A DNA stretch of 64,000 bases from Paracoccaceae bacterium (GTDB lineage Bacteria; Pseudomonadota; Alphaproteobacteria; Rhodobacterales; Rhodobacteraceae): positions 500-64,499 of the forward strand of contig JASJAU010000037.1 of assembly GCA_030066855.1 (NCBI GenBank), in the 5' to 3' direction. The notes below the pieces were generated by a model that searched no databases, was not told the origin of the DNA, and saw only the letters and a program-made list of their open reading frames with translations. Shown piece by piece: positions 36,297-46,486 of this stretch (position 1 is the first letter of the stretch; every line of letters begins with the position of its first letter). Both the position numbers and the translations under genes were made by a program.

Positions 36297-38369
36297 ATGG
36301 GCAAGGCGGATGCAATCGCGTCAGAGGCGAAATGGGCAGACGAGCGGCGCGGCGGAACAGCCGTGCTCCGTGTCGTTGCCCCTGGCGTCCGGGCCCTGAC
36401 GCCGGAAGGCCGGGCCGACCTATTCAAACGAATCGATGCCGCGGAGGCGGACAACTCGGTCACGTCGATCGTGTTAGCCGGCGACACCGCGACTTTCGCG
36501 ACCGGGACCAGCCTCGAACCGGCATCCGAGGATGAACCGGGGCCGGATCTCGCCGCCTTGTGCGATCGAATCGAGGCCTGCGAGAAGCCTGTCGTCGCGG
36601 CCATCTCCGGCGCCGCGCTTGGCAACGGGCTGGAAATCGCGATCGCGGCGCACTCCCGCGTGGTCGGCCCTGACGCGCGGCTCGGCGCTCCGGCGATGTC
36701 CATCGGACTGGTCCCGAACGGGGGCGGAACCCAGCGCCTTCCGAAACTGATTGGCGGGCTGGCGGCGCTGAAACTTCTCCTCAGCGGACGATCCGTGGGT
36801 GGCAAGACGGCCGTCAAACTTGAACTGGCCGAGGAGCTGGCGAGCGAGGACGTCCTGTCAGCCGCGACCGCGCGTGCGGAGGCGATGGCGGCCTCGGGCG
36901 CGCCGCTCGTCCGAAATTCGGAACGCCGCGACAAGCTCGGCCAGGGTAAGGGGTTTCTGGAAATCGTCGCCCAGCACCGGGCCATCGCGCGAAGCGAGGG
37001 TTCCGACGCGCCGCTCCGCCTGATCGAATGCGTCGAGGCCGCTCTCCTCTTGCCCTACGACATCGGTCGCGGGCTCGAGCAGGCCGCTTTCGATGATCTC
37101 GTCGTTTCGGACCACTCGCGGGCGCTGCGCCACGTCCTCGGCTCAGAACGCATGGTTCAAACCCGCTCAGCGGCATCGGGCCGGGTGATGTCGCGCCCCT
37201 TGTCGCACGTGGGCGTCCTCGGCGCGCGCGGCCTGGGCACCGAGGTCGTCGTCGCCGCGCTCGATTCCGGGCTCGAGGTCACGGTGGCCGAGCTCTCGGA
37301 CGCCGCGCTCGAAGACGGGGTCACCCGGATCATTGAGCACTACGACGCCCGCGTCACTGCGGGCAATATGACCGACGATGCGGTCGAAGCGACGCTCGAC
37401 CGGATGCACGCAGTCTGCGGGTACCGGACTCTCTCGGCGGTCGATCTCGTGATCGATCCCGGCCCCGCGATCTCGAAAGCGCGGGTGCGCGAGCTTGACG
37501 CTGTTCTTAAAGCCGGCGCGCTTCTGGCAACCGCCAGCGACCGGGTCGACCTCGCGCGGATCGCCGGCGCGACGAGCCGTCCGGGCGATGTGGTCAGCCT
37601 CCGGCTCTATCCCGGCTTGACGCGACACCGCGCGGCAGAGCTCAGCCATCTCCCGGAAACCGCAGCGAACGCAACGGAAACCGCCCGTGCCTTTGCCCGC
37701 CGCCTGGGACGCCTGATCATCGAGACCGGGCCGACCTCGCCGGGCGTCGGTGCTCGGTTGACCGACGCGCTCCACGCCGCCGCCGACCGCCTGGTCATTG
37801 AAGGCGCGCGGATCGGTGAGGTAGACGACACGCTCCGCGCCTGGGGCCTCCCCATGGGGTCTTTCGCCTGGCGCGATGTGGCCGGGCTTCAGCGGGGCGC
37901 CGACTACGTCTCATCGGTCGACGCGCAAATGGTCGCCGCCGGAAGAACCGGCCGGTCGGGCGGACGGGGCTACTACGTCTACCAAACACGCGGGCAGCCG
38001 GCGACCGAAGACCCGGACGTCCTGAACATCATAGCCGAGATGCAGCGCGAGGAGGGCATCAGCCCGCGCGTCGTGACCGCCTCGGAAATCCGCCACGCCT
38101 GCATCTCCGCAATGGCGGGGGCGGGCGCGGCCATGCTGATGGACAGCACCGCGTCCCGGCCGCTCGACATCGACATGATCGCGATCCACGGCCTCGGGTT
38201 TCAGCGCCGCACCGGCGGCCCGATGTTCGCCGCCGACCTGATCGGCCTTCAAAGGGTCAGCGACACGCTTGAGAAACTCGCCCGGGCGGACGACCGCATC
38301 CAGCCGCCGGCGGATGTCTTCGCCGATCTGATCCGTGCCAAAAAGGGCTTCGCCGACCTGAACGGCTAG
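36297..38369 (+). CDS. Fused enoyl-CoA hydratase-like / 3-hydroxyacyl-CoA dehydrogenase (FadJ/FadB-like)
   Basis: N-terminal crotonase fold (KPVVAAISGAALGNGLEIAIAAH) and a central NAD-binding domain (VGVLGARGLGTEVVVAAL). A C-terminal 3HCDH repeat follows. Confidence 0.82.
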   Translation: MGKADAIASEAKWADERRGGTAVLRVVAPGVRALTPEGRADLFKRIDAAEADNSVTSIVLAGDTATFATGTSLEPASEDEPGPDLAALCDRIEACEKPVVAAISGAALGNGLEIAIAAHSRVVGPDARLGAPAMSIGLVPNGGGTQRLPKLIGGLAALKLLLSGRSVGGKTAVKLELAEELASEDVLSAATARAEAMAASGAPLVRNSERRDKLGQGKGFLEIVAQHRAIARSEGSDAPLRLIECVEAALLLPYDIGRGLEQAAFDDLVVSDHSRALRHVLGSERMVQTRSAASGRVMSRPLSHVGVLGARGLGTEVVVAALDSGLEVTVAELSDAALEDGVTRIIEHYDARVTAGNMTDDAVEATLDRMHAVCGYRTLSAVDLVIDPGPAISKARVRELDAVLKAGALLATASDRVDLARIAGATSRPGDVVSLRLYPGLTRHRAAELSHLPETAANATETARAFARRLGRLIIETGPTSPGVGARLTDALHAAADRLVIEGARIGEVDDTLRAWGLPMGSFAWRDVAGLQRGADYVSSVDAQMVAAGRTGRSGGRGYYVYQTRGQPATEDPDVLNIIAEMQREEGISPRVVTASEIRHACISAMAGAGAAMLMDSTASRPLDIDMIAIHGLGFQRRTGGPMFAADLIGLQRVSDTLEKLARADDRIQPPADVFADLIRAKKGFADLNG

Positions 38370-38581
38370 CTCAAAAACAACCCCAGCACGACCGTCATCA
38401 GCCCGATGGCGGAGATGCCGAGCGCCGCGAAGTTGATTGCGACCACCCGCTGCAGACGCTCCCGCATTGCATCCTCGTCCAGCCCCTCCCGCCGGGCCCG
38501 AACAGCGATCAACACGCACCAGCCAAGCCCCAGCACGCCGATCAGCGTCAGCGCCGCTCCAATCCAGATCAAGGCTTCCAT
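38366..38581 (-). CDS. Small two-TM membrane protein (71 aa)
   Basis: MEALIWIGAALTLIGVLGLGWCVLIAV...AINFAALGISAIGLMTVVLGLFL. Confidence 0.5.
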   Translation of the reverse strand: MEALIWIGAALTLIGVLGLGWCVLIAVRARREGLDEDAMRERLQRVVAINFAALGISAIGLMTVVLGLFLS

Positions 38582-38701
38582 CGCCGCTCCTCCGTGTTGA
38601 GGCCGGTCCGGGGCCTACCCCGCACCCGCCCGCCTGACAAGCCCTTGCGGCCCCCGATTGCGCCCTGTATCGAACCCGCTCACGGGCAGGAAGGATTTGC
38701 C

Positions 38702-38959
38702 ATGACCGACGAGGCCGGACAGGAAAGCTACCGCGTCACCGCCGACGAGCTGCGCCAGTTCATCGAGCGTTTCGAACGGCTCGAAGCCGAGAAGCGCGAC
38801 ATCGCCGACCAGCAGAAAGAGGTCATGGCCGAGGCCAAGGGCCGCGGCTACGACACCCGCGTCATGCGCAAGGTAATCGCGCTCCGGAAGCGCGACGCGG
38901 CGGATGTGGCCGAGGAAGAGGCTGTGCTCGATCTCTACAAACAGGCGCTCGGCATGTAG
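38702..38959 (+). CDS. gapR: GapR/DUF2312-family nucleoid-associated protein
   Basis: ELRQFIERFERLEAEKRDIADQQKEVMAEAKGRGYDTRVMRKVIALRKRD is the canonical DUF2312 sequence. Confidence 0.87.
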   Translation: MTDEAGQESYRVTADELRQFIERFERLEAEKRDIADQQKEVMAEAKGRGYDTRVMRKVIALRKRDAADVAEEEAVLDLYKQALGM

Positions 38960-38965
38960 GCCCCT

Positions 38966-39826
38966 TCAGGGCTCCAAGAACGTTACGCCCGGCGTCGTCG
39001 CGATCTCGCGGGCGTCTTCCTCGTAAAGCGCGGTCAGCTCGGCGACTACCTCGGGCGTCCAGCCGTCCAGAAGCCCCGCGCCCTCTGGCGGACCGGACAT
39101 GCGATAGCCGTCGAGGAAAGCGGCGATCGTTTTCCGGCGCTTGGGTTCCGACATGTCCTCATGCTTTCCCAGAAGCGCAGTCAGCCGGGCCAGGGTCTCC
39201 GCGCTCAAGGCGCGTCCCAGCATGTCGAGACCACCCTCCATCGCCGCCAGCGCGTCCAGCCCGGCGACCTCGCGCAGTATCTCGGACCAGAGAAGCGGCG
39301 CGTCCTCGTGCCGCCAGACCAGGATCGGGGTTTCGGGAGCGGTTTCGGCTATGCGGTCGATCACATCGGACCAGGCGAAGTCCTCGAGCACCGCGCCGGA
39401 GAGCGCGCCCGCGCCGTCCTTGCCCAAGGCCGCGGGCAGGAACGTGGCCGGGTTGCGGATGCAAAGCGCGAATTCGGACGCGTGGCTTGGAAAGGCGCGG
39501 GGCAGCCAGCCCGCGGTCGACGCTAGTGGATAGAGCCTGTCCGGAGCCAGGACATCGCTCTCGGCGCCAAGAAATCCGGGGTGCGAGAGGATGATCCGCT
39601 CTGCGCTCTCATCGTCCCGGATCGCGTCGAGAAGCGCCGTCTCAGTCTCCGCGTCCGAGGTCTCTCCGGCGAGGCTCTCCATCACGTCCTCCAGAAGATC
39701 GCGGTAACGTCCGGGGCCGGGCGCGCCGACGCCCTCGCGACCCAGCATCTCGCGGTTCTTCAGGATCGACCGGATCAGCTGACCGTCGTCGGTGTGATGC
39801 GCTCCGAGATGGAAGAGGATCTGCAT
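38966..39826 (-). CDS. Conserved hypothetical protein (286 aa)
   Basis: Long ORF with good GC3 bias and no family recognised. Confidence 0.55.
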   Translation of the reverse strand: MQILFHLGAHHTDDGQLIRSILKNREMLGREGVGAPGPGRYRDLLEDVMESLAGETSDAETETALLDAIRDDESAERIILSHPGFLGAESDVLAPDRLYPLASTAGWLPRAFPSHASEFALCIRNPATFLPAALGKDGAGALSGAVLEDFAWSDVIDRIAETAPETPILVWRHEDAPLLWSEILREVAGLDALAAMEGGLDMLGRALSAETLARLTALLGKHEDMSEPKRRKTIAAFLDGYRMSGPPEGAGLLDGWTPEVVAELTALYEEDAREIATTPGVTFLEP

Positions 39827-39972
39827 GGTTGGGACCGCCCGCCGCGTGCCCGAGAACGTAACCGTGAGAGGTTCGCCGGAAAAGCGCCTGCCCTGCGGAC
39901 GCGCCGCGGATGTCGCCGAAATGCCCCGCCTGTCTTGCGCGAGCGCCCCTTTCCCCGTACATCGCGTCCCGT

Positions 39973-40048
39973 GCCCCTATAGCTCAGCTGGTAGAGCATC
40001 TGATTTGTAATCAGGGGGTCGGGAGTTCGAGTCTCTCTGGGGGCACCA
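39973..40048 (+). tRNA. tRNA-Thr (anticodon UGU), CCA encoded
   Basis: Manual cloverleaf: acceptor GCCCCTA / TGGGGGC, D-arm GCTC-AGCTGGTA-GAGC, anticodon loop TT-TGT-AA, T-arm GGGAG-TTCGAGT-CTCTC. Ends in ACCA. Confidence 0.92.
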
Positions 40049-40890
40049 TCGAATTGGAAATATTTGATTAATATCAGTTATTTAAAAACCATAGGCGTGC
40101 AGGGCTCCCATGGGTATGCCCCTTTTCCTTGATTGGCGGAAAGAGGTTACTGCACCCACCGTGAAACTGAAAAACACCTATCTCCCATTCAAACGGGGGC
40201 CACGTTTCAACGGACGACGTTAAGGGCAGCAATTCGCGTCAGTTTGGATCGTTGTCGTATGGTGGCAGCCTGTTTGCCCATGTCAGGCGGTTGTCGCCAT
40301 CTTTGGGAGGCAATCTCCAACGTGAAGGGAGTTTTGAGTGGATGTTTAGATTAAAGACGCCAACACCAAATCTATGCTCCGCCTTACTTTACTCTCCGTT
40401 TTCTTCTCCCCACGGGCGGTTAGGTATCCCGCGACCGGCGAGTCGGCCAGCTTTGGCGGAAACAGAATACCCAAGCTGCAAATTAGGCGACTACGCCGAC
40501 CAAACCCTCGCTGGTCGCCGAAGCAAACAAGATAACGGATCCGGCGAGAGCGATGCACAGCAATCCATGCGCAAGAACGAACACTCACCGGACGACAATC
40601 AAGTCCACTATCAGTATGAGTACGAAAATTGGCATTTCCTTCGAGCCGTTTGTCCAAGTCAGTTCCGCAGCGTAGTCAATTGTCTAGCTGATCCGGCAAC
40701 TGGGCGCCGGGGCTAGTTTCCCTTCTAATGCCATGTTCCAACTATACATCAAATCACGCATTTCCTGTTTCCGAGGGCCCATCTTTCGACGGCGGGCTGA
40801 ATGACTGCTTTGGGGACAAAACCGACTTCGGCGGCAACAGCCCAAATGGACGGTCGTCGTGTTTCATTGCCGTACCGAACTTGCCCCGTT

Positions 40891-42747
40891 TTAGTAGACG
40901 ATGTTCAGCATCAACAGCGAAACACAAAGAAACAGAACCGTCATTATCCCGCCGGATTTGACGAAATCCATCACCTTGTAACCCGCCGGCCCCATGATGA
41001 GCGCATTCACCTGGTGCGTCGGAATGATGAATGAATTGGACGTGGAGATGGCAACTGTCAGCGCGAATACCGCCGGGTTTGCGCCGGCGGCAAGCGCAAT
41101 GGAAACCGCCAGCGGCACAAGAAGCACTGTGGCTCCGACGTTAGACATCACAAGGGAAAACGCCGTCGCAAGTATCGCCACGCCGGCTTGCAGCGCCCAG
41201 ACGGGCCATCCGTCGAGTATCGCGAGTATCTGTTGTGCGATCCACTCCGCCGTTCCGGTGTTCTGCACCGCCTGACCCAGCGGAATGAGGCTGGCGAGAA
41301 GAAAAACGGTGTTCCATCCGACGGAACGGTACGCCTCATCGATGCTCAGCACCCTTGTGAGAAGCATCCCGACCGCACCTGTTAACAAGCAGAGCGAGAG
41401 CCGCACATCTGTGAATAGGATCAGGGAAAGCGATAGGAGAAAAAAGAACACCGCCCATCCGACTTTATGAGGGCGCAACTCGTCCTTGGGAAAGTCGGCG
41501 GTGACGACGATGAAGTCGCGGTCTCGCTTCAGGCGCATCAGATTGTCCCAGCGCGTGTGCGCGACCAGCATGTCGCCGGCCTGAAAGGGAACGGTTCCGA
41601 TCTGAGTCGGTTCATGCTCGTCGGTCTTCACATGGCTGAGAGTATCCTCGCCCCGATGTATCGCGAGCAGGCTCAATCCGTAGGTTTTGCGAAGAAGCAG
41701 ATCACGCGGGCTCTTGCCGATGAGCTTGGAGTCGGGCGGAATGACTAGCTCGGCAACGCCAGCATTTGTCTGCGCGAACTCTTCGACGAAAACGTCAAGA
41801 TCAGAACGGACAATCAATCCAAACCGCTCGGCGAATCTATCCACGACTGCCCGCTCGCCAATGATCGCCAACCGGCATGGCACGGCGATCTCCGCCGTCA
41901 GGATCTGAATCATCGAGGCTTTGCCACGATAGAACGTCGAAATGATGTAGAGATTGTTCTCGTTGTTTATGTCGGCGAGAATCTGACCGGCCAGCGGGCT
42001 GCCCTCGGGCACGTCGACCTCGAAGACGCTTGCGTGAAGCCCGTAGACGCGCTCGAGATACTCAGCGGTCCCCTTTCCTGAAGCCACTTCGACGGGGCTT
42101 GCCGATCCGGGCAGGACCCAGCGGCCAAGCAAAAGGAAGTAGAGGATACCAGTGATGACGAGAGCCGCGCCGATTGGCGTCACCGAGAACAACCCGAAGG
42201 GCTCCATTTTCTGATCATCAGGCAAGCTCGTATTCGCAGTTTGGATCAGATCATTCAGCAGAATGAGAGGCGATGACCCGACCATCGTCATTGTGCCGCC
42301 GAGAATGGCGCAAAACCCCATGGGCATGAGAAGCCGGCTGATCGGGATGCCCGACCGAACCGAAATCTTGCTCACGACCGGCAGGAAGAGGGCGGCGGCG
42401 CCGACGTTCTGCAGGAAGCTGGAAATCGCCCCAACCGTGCCAGACACAATCGGCAGCACCCGGGCCTCGGTGGTTCCGCCGTGCTTGAGAATGGCGGCCG
42501 CGACCTTGTTCATTATTCCCGTCCGGTCCAAACCCGCGCCGACAATCATCACGGCAATGATTGAAATGACGGCATTCGAGGCGAAGCCGTCGAATAGGTG
42601 AGTGACGTCGGCGAGACGCTCCAGACCCGGCGCGTAGGAGAGAATTCCGACAAGTACGAGCACCAACAAGGCTGCGAGATCGATGCGGATGATCTCGGAT
42701 ACGAACAAGAAAACTGTGAACGCCAACAACGCGATGACGACGCCCAT
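40891..42747 (-). CDS. SLC13/DASS-family permease with internal TrkA-C (RCK_C) domains
   Basis: TM-rich N- and C-terminal halves flank a soluble insert. Start taken at MGVVIALLAF, because the track ORF's extra 114 codons are Arg/Pro-rich and non-coding-like. Confidence 0.82.
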   Translation of the reverse strand: MGVVIALLAFTVFLFVSEIIRIDLAALLVLVLVGILSYAPGLERLADVTHLFDGFASNAVISIIAVMIVGAGLDRTGIMNKVAAAILKHGGTTEARVLPIVSGTVGAISSFLQNVGAAALFLPVVSKISVRSGIPISRLLMPMGFCAILGGTMTMVGSSPLILLNDLIQTANTSLPDDQKMEPFGLFSVTPIGAALVITGILYFLLLGRWVLPGSASPVEVASGKGTAEYLERVYGLHASVFEVDVPEGSPLAGQILADINNENNLYIISTFYRGKASMIQILTAEIAVPCRLAIIGERAVVDRFAERFGLIVRSDLDVFVEEFAQTNAGVAELVIPPDSKLIGKSPRDLLLRKTYGLSLLAIHRGEDTLSHVKTDEHEPTQIGTVPFQAGDMLVAHTRWDNLMRLKRDRDFIVVTADFPKDELRPHKVGWAVFFFLLSLSLILFTDVRLSLCLLTGAVGMLLTRVLSIDEAYRSVGWNTVFLLASLIPLGQAVQNTGTAEWIAQQILAILDGWPVWALQAGVAILATAFSLVMSNVGATVLLVPLAVSIALAAGANPAVFALTVAISTSNSFIIPTHQVNALIMGPAGYKVMDFVKSGGIMTVLFLCVSLLMLNIVY

Positions 42748-43089
42748 CTCATATGTGAAACTGATAGGCTCCAAGCGGCCCTCCCCCCCCACGAAGCTGC
42801 TTGAAGCTTCATTGTGGTACACAGATGGCTCAGATGGCAAGGCGCACACGGTTTTCTGGTCCGACCTCCGCGGTGACCGGTGGCGTTCTGACGTTCTCCC
42901 AGCGTCAGATTTTCGGGGTGGTTGGTGTCTAGGATGCCTTGTTCGGCATGGTAGACGTCTTGTCGGCATAGCGATCCGCGAATGACTGCAATGCGGACGA
43001 AGCAGACCTTCTTTGGATATGGATGCAGCAAACGCTACAACAGCTTTAGCCATTCGCTCAAAGCAATCATGGAAAGGTAGTTTCCACAC

Positions 43090-43425
43090 ATGACCAAGAA
43101 AGCCTTAGTCGCCTTGAAGGATGGCAAGTTCACAACAAAACTTGAGTTTGTATTGCCTGCCCAAATGGAGACTTTCCAGCTTGTAGCTGAACGTTCCGGC
43201 AAAATATCTGACGCGGCTGGCGTGGTTTACACAGGAAAAACAGTTACATCTGAGTTCCTGCAAGAAAGGATGCAGGCATGTGAAGGAACTCGCCATCATT
43301 CTGCGGAACAAAATGCCAGCATCGCTGATGCATTCCTCGATGAGATAGCGAAGTTCAAAGTTGGAACGACTGTCGAGGTCGTCTCGTCGTCAGACGTCTT
43401 ACAACTCAAGAAACTCGGAACTTAA
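43090..43425 (+). CDS. Hypothetical protein (111 aa), low-GC
   Basis: Intact ORF in AT-rich island DNA with no family recognised. Confidence 0.35.
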   Translation: MTKKALVALKDGKFTTKLEFVLPAQMETFQLVAERSGKISDAAGVVYTGKTVTSEFLQERMQACEGTRHHSAEQNASIADAFLDEIAKFKVGTTVEVVSSSDVLQLKKLGT

Positions 43426-43788
43426 CTGATCCCTGTATCGTTTTTTGCGGTTTTGATTTGTGCACTTTGGGCTCAAAGGAGACAACCCGCTGTGACGCTC
43501 AGGTGCTTGGCATCGCCCAAGGCCTGAATGACTGCCTTGCCGACCTAGGAGACTCTCGCTTTTCCGATCAACCTCAGGCCATAAAGCACTCTCACTTGCA
43601 TAGTGTCGCGCACAACTTTGCTGACTCATTGGTCAGCGGATCATACCTCATCATTGGGCGCCATGCGGTGGACGCTGGGCATTCGGCATAGCAACGCACC
43701 TTGGACGGACATGGGTATCTGCTATAGTACAGCCCCATCGTCGATGCGCACCAGGCACGCGAGCTTTGACCCTTCAGAAGGAAAGACA

Positions 43789-44403
43789 TTGAGTATCACG
43801 CTTTATCATGCGCCGGGCGCATGCTCGACCGCCGCCTATGTTTCTCTCTTAGAGGCCGGCGCCGAATTCGACGTTGTGATGATCAGCCTTGCTAAAAAGG
43901 AGCAAAACTCCGAGAGCTATAAGGCGCTGAATCCGAAGCAAAAAGTTCCGTATTTGATCGTCGATGGAAAGGGCTTGAGCGAGAACACTGCAATTCAAAC
44001 CTGGATCGCCAGCGCCTATCCCGACGCCAATCTGTTGCCACAAGATAGGTTTGAACAGGCACGCGCGATTTCATACATGAACTGGTTTTCTTCGGGGATG
44101 CACCCGCATATCACCCGCCATTTCCGGACAGCCAAATTCTGCGACATCAAGAGCGCGCATGAAGACATCAAAGCCAAAGCCAAAGCGATGTTCTTCGAGC
44201 AGATGGCTCTAGTCGAACAGGAACTCGACGGCCGCACTTGGTTCTTCGATCATAACACCGCATGCGACTCATATTTTTTCTGGGTCTATGACCGTGCCCT
44301 GCGTGAGGATTTCGACCTTTCAGATTTCAGCGGTTGCACAGCGCATTACGAGGCTATGCAAAAGCGGCCAAACGTCCAAAAGGCGCTAGCGCATACCGAT
44401 TAA
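43789..44403 (+). CDS. Glutathione S-transferase
   Basis: TTG start after GAAGGAAAG. Sequence SITLYHAPGACSTAAYVSLLEAGAEF...NPKQKVPYLIVDG shows a GST N-domain followed by a C-domain. Confidence 0.82.
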   Translation: MSITLYHAPGACSTAAYVSLLEAGAEFDVVMISLAKKEQNSESYKALNPKQKVPYLIVDGKGLSENTAIQTWIASAYPDANLLPQDRFEQARAISYMNWFSSGMHPHITRHFRTAKFCDIKSAHEDIKAKAKAMFFEQMALVEQELDGRTWFFDHNTACDSYFFWVYDRALREDFDLSDFSGCTAHYEAMQKRPNVQKALAHTD

Positions 44404-44575
44404 GGGGTTTGAGTTGGGTGTTGTGATCCCTGAGTTTGGCCATGTTAGACGACCCCAGACACGCCGCCGGAAACGGACCACGAGATGATGACGAGAAGCC
44501 CAGGGCCGCCCGAGAACGTACCAACGATCAAGTGGCGTTTGTGAGTTGTCACCGCCCGGCGAAAGCGCCTTGGCG

Positions 44576-44836
44576 TGTGATGTCAAAGGAAACCGCGCTT
44601 GAGCCGGGCAGGGAGAGCTGCCTGGCGTTCGGGCATGACCAAGGTCTCTCCCTTCCGCTACTTGAAGACCAGAGGGTTCTATCAGAAGAAACCGGCCTGC
44701 TAGCGTCAGCATGACTTGTTCATTACTCTCAGTGGCGATCTGAGGGGCTTAGTCCCCTACAGAACAGATTCTTGCCGCCTCGAATTCAAGAAGAGGGCGG
44801 GAAGGTCTGGCCGAGCATCATTCCTGTGGCAGTACC
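44576..44836 (+). mobile_element. IS6-family remnant with internal deletion (MITE-like: left ~115 bp + right ~100 bp)
   Basis: 44576-44690 aligns with 63039-63150 and 44741-44836 aligns with 63500-63596 of the larger IS6 remnant. Terminal sequences are TGTGATGTCAAAGGAA ... TTCCTGTGGCAGTACC. Confidence 0.6.
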
Positions 44837-44838
44837 AA

Positions 44839-45072
44839 TCAAAGGGCTTTCTCTCCGAGGATCCGACTAGAAATCCCGCGCGCTAATGGCGCAATGAAGT
44901 AGATTGCCGGGACGCCAACGCAATAGGCCACAGCGTAAGACTTTGCCCAAGCCAATAGGAAGTCCGACCGAAACCCGATATTCGCCCAAGTGACGACAAA
45001 CGTCATTATGAAGAGCATCATCGCTGCCATCACGAACGAGAACACAAGGTGGAACAGCTTGGGGTTTGACAT
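44839..45072 (-). CDS. DUF2798-like small membrane protein (77 aa)
   Basis: MSNPKLFHLVFSFVMAAMMLFIMTFVVTWANIGF... Its stop codon lies 2 nt from the IS remnant end. Confidence 0.6.
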   Translation of the reverse strand: MSNPKLFHLVFSFVMAAMMLFIMTFVVTWANIGFRSDFLLAWAKSYAVAYCVGVPAIYFIAPLARGISSRILGEKAL

Positions 45073-45276
45073 CTGGCCTCCGCGGCGAAGTGTTTGGCGT
45101 TGTTTCTTGTTAGGGGCGTTGTGACTTTCGCCAATCCAAGCCCGCGCCTCAGACCATGTATGGGACAGTGGCCGACGCCCGGGGCCAGTTGGTGTCAACT
45201 CGATCGCGCTGCGCGAAATGAACCCGTCCCAATGAAGTGCAAGGGCGTAACGACCATTTCGCGACACCTTTGATCG

Positions 45277-46383
45277 TTACTCAGCCGCCTTCGCTTTGCC
45301 CGCCTCGGCAGCATTGATGGCCGGTTTGACGTCTTCCGCCAAGAGTACCATCGATCGTCGCGCGAGCGCCGGATCAGCCCAATCCTTGCCGGCGTAAAGA
45401 AGCGTGCCAAACTCGCCAGTCTCCTCGCGAAAAGCGAGGAGTTCGTCTGTGACCTTGTCTGCTGTCCCCCAGATGATCAGGCGGTCGCAGACGTGTTCCA
45501 GCGTGACTTCCTCGTCCGGCTGATCACGATACTCTTTGAAGAGATTGATGCGCCCATGCTTCTTCAGTTTGGTATAAAGCTGTTTGTAGTAGAAAACATA
45601 CGGGCTGTCGGGATCGGTGGCGTAACGCCGCGCTGTGTCGAGGTCATCTGCGACAAAGACCGATTTAGCGACGCGCCAGTTAGCCGGGTCTGCGAGGCGT
45701 CCGGCACGTTCGCAGCCTTCGACATACTTGGGCCAGTGCGATTTAACCCATTGCGGCATAAGAAAGTTCGCGCTGATCGGGTCCCAGCCGCGAGCGGCGG
45801 CTTCTGCGACACCTTGGGAGAACGGCGCGACAGCGGTCACGACGATGGGCGGATGCGGCCGTTGTAGCGGCTTTGGCAGGATGCCCTGTCCAATATCGAG
45901 CATTTGAGTGCGATCGGTCGAAACATTCCAAAAGTCGCCCTCGATATTGTAGGGCGCTTCTGTCTCCCAAATCTTGAGAACGGTGTTGATGCACTCGAGG
46001 AACATGCCGGGACGGTCTGCATCGAGGTTTCCGAACACCTCGGCGTCAGAGGCCAGCCCACCTGGAGAGATGCCAAAGTTCAGTTTCCCGTCCAGCATAT
46101 GGTCTAGCATCGCTATATCAGCGGCGATCCTGGCTGGGTGAGTGTTGGGCATGTTCACCGTGCCTGTGCCAAGGCGCATCTGTTTGATCGAAGACGCGAG
46201 CGAGGCGATGAACATCATGCAGTTCGTGATGTTTTCGGCCTTGTCGGTGGAGTGCTCGCCCACATAACCCTCTGTAAATCCGAGTTCGTCGGCCAAGAGA
46301 AAGACCTCACGATCTTCTTCCAGGCAAAGCCGCCAGTCTTTGTCCAGCGGGTGAATGGGCATTGTGAAAAAGCCGAGTTCCAT
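45277..46383 (-). CDS. LLM-class (luciferase-like) flavin-dependent monooxygenase
   Basis: MELGFFTMPIHPLDKDW...GYVGEHST... over 368 aa, typical of LimB/alkanal-type LLM enzymes. Confidence 0.88.
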   Translation of the reverse strand: MELGFFTMPIHPLDKDWRLCLEEDREVFLLADELGFTEGYVGEHSTDKAENITNCMMFIASLASSIKQMRLGTGTVNMPNTHPARIAADIAMLDHMLDGKLNFGISPGGLASDAEVFGNLDADRPGMFLECINTVLKIWETEAPYNIEGDFWNVSTDRTQMLDIGQGILPKPLQRPHPPIVVTAVAPFSQGVAEAAARGWDPISANFLMPQWVKSHWPKYVEGCERAGRLADPANWRVAKSVFVADDLDTARRYATDPDSPYVFYYKQLYTKLKKHGRINLFKEYRDQPDEEVTLEHVCDRLIIWGTADKVTDELLAFREETGEFGTLLYAGKDWADPALARRSMVLLAEDVKPAINAAEAGKAKAAE

Positions 46384-46486
46384 GGGTACGTCTCCTGATC
46401 GTTGAGAGGGAAACTAGCCTTGTTAATGGTCGGCACGTAATAATAATTAATAAAGAAATGCATTATGAATTTTGATGGAGGCTGTG

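Noticed and set aside
35915-36985. 356-aa minus-strand ORF
   Set aside because: Antisense to the small acidic ORF and the FadJ-like gene, with Ala/Ser/Pro/Arg low complexity.
40489-40639. Hydrophobic mini-ORF as a type I toxin or selenoprotein (in-frame TGA)
   Set aside because: There is no SECIS-like evidence that I can evaluate, no antisense RNA evidence and no Shine-Dalgarno. It could be a chance hydrophobic frame in AT-rich DNA. It is kept only as a note inside a finding.
42748-43089. 114-codon N-terminal extension of the SLC13 permease ORF
   Set aside because: The Arg/Pro/Ser-rich translation has no membrane or domain character. The transporter fold begins at MGVVIALLAF.
46384-46486. 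The same TTA-N6-GATAAATTA operator in the LLM/LysR divergent spacer
   Set aside because: The spacer is very AT-rich (TAATAATAATTAATAAAGAAATGCATTATGAATTTT), but I could not align a copy of the motif convincingly. My base count on the 46441 line also disagreed by 1 nt with the ORF track, so coordinates there are unreliable.
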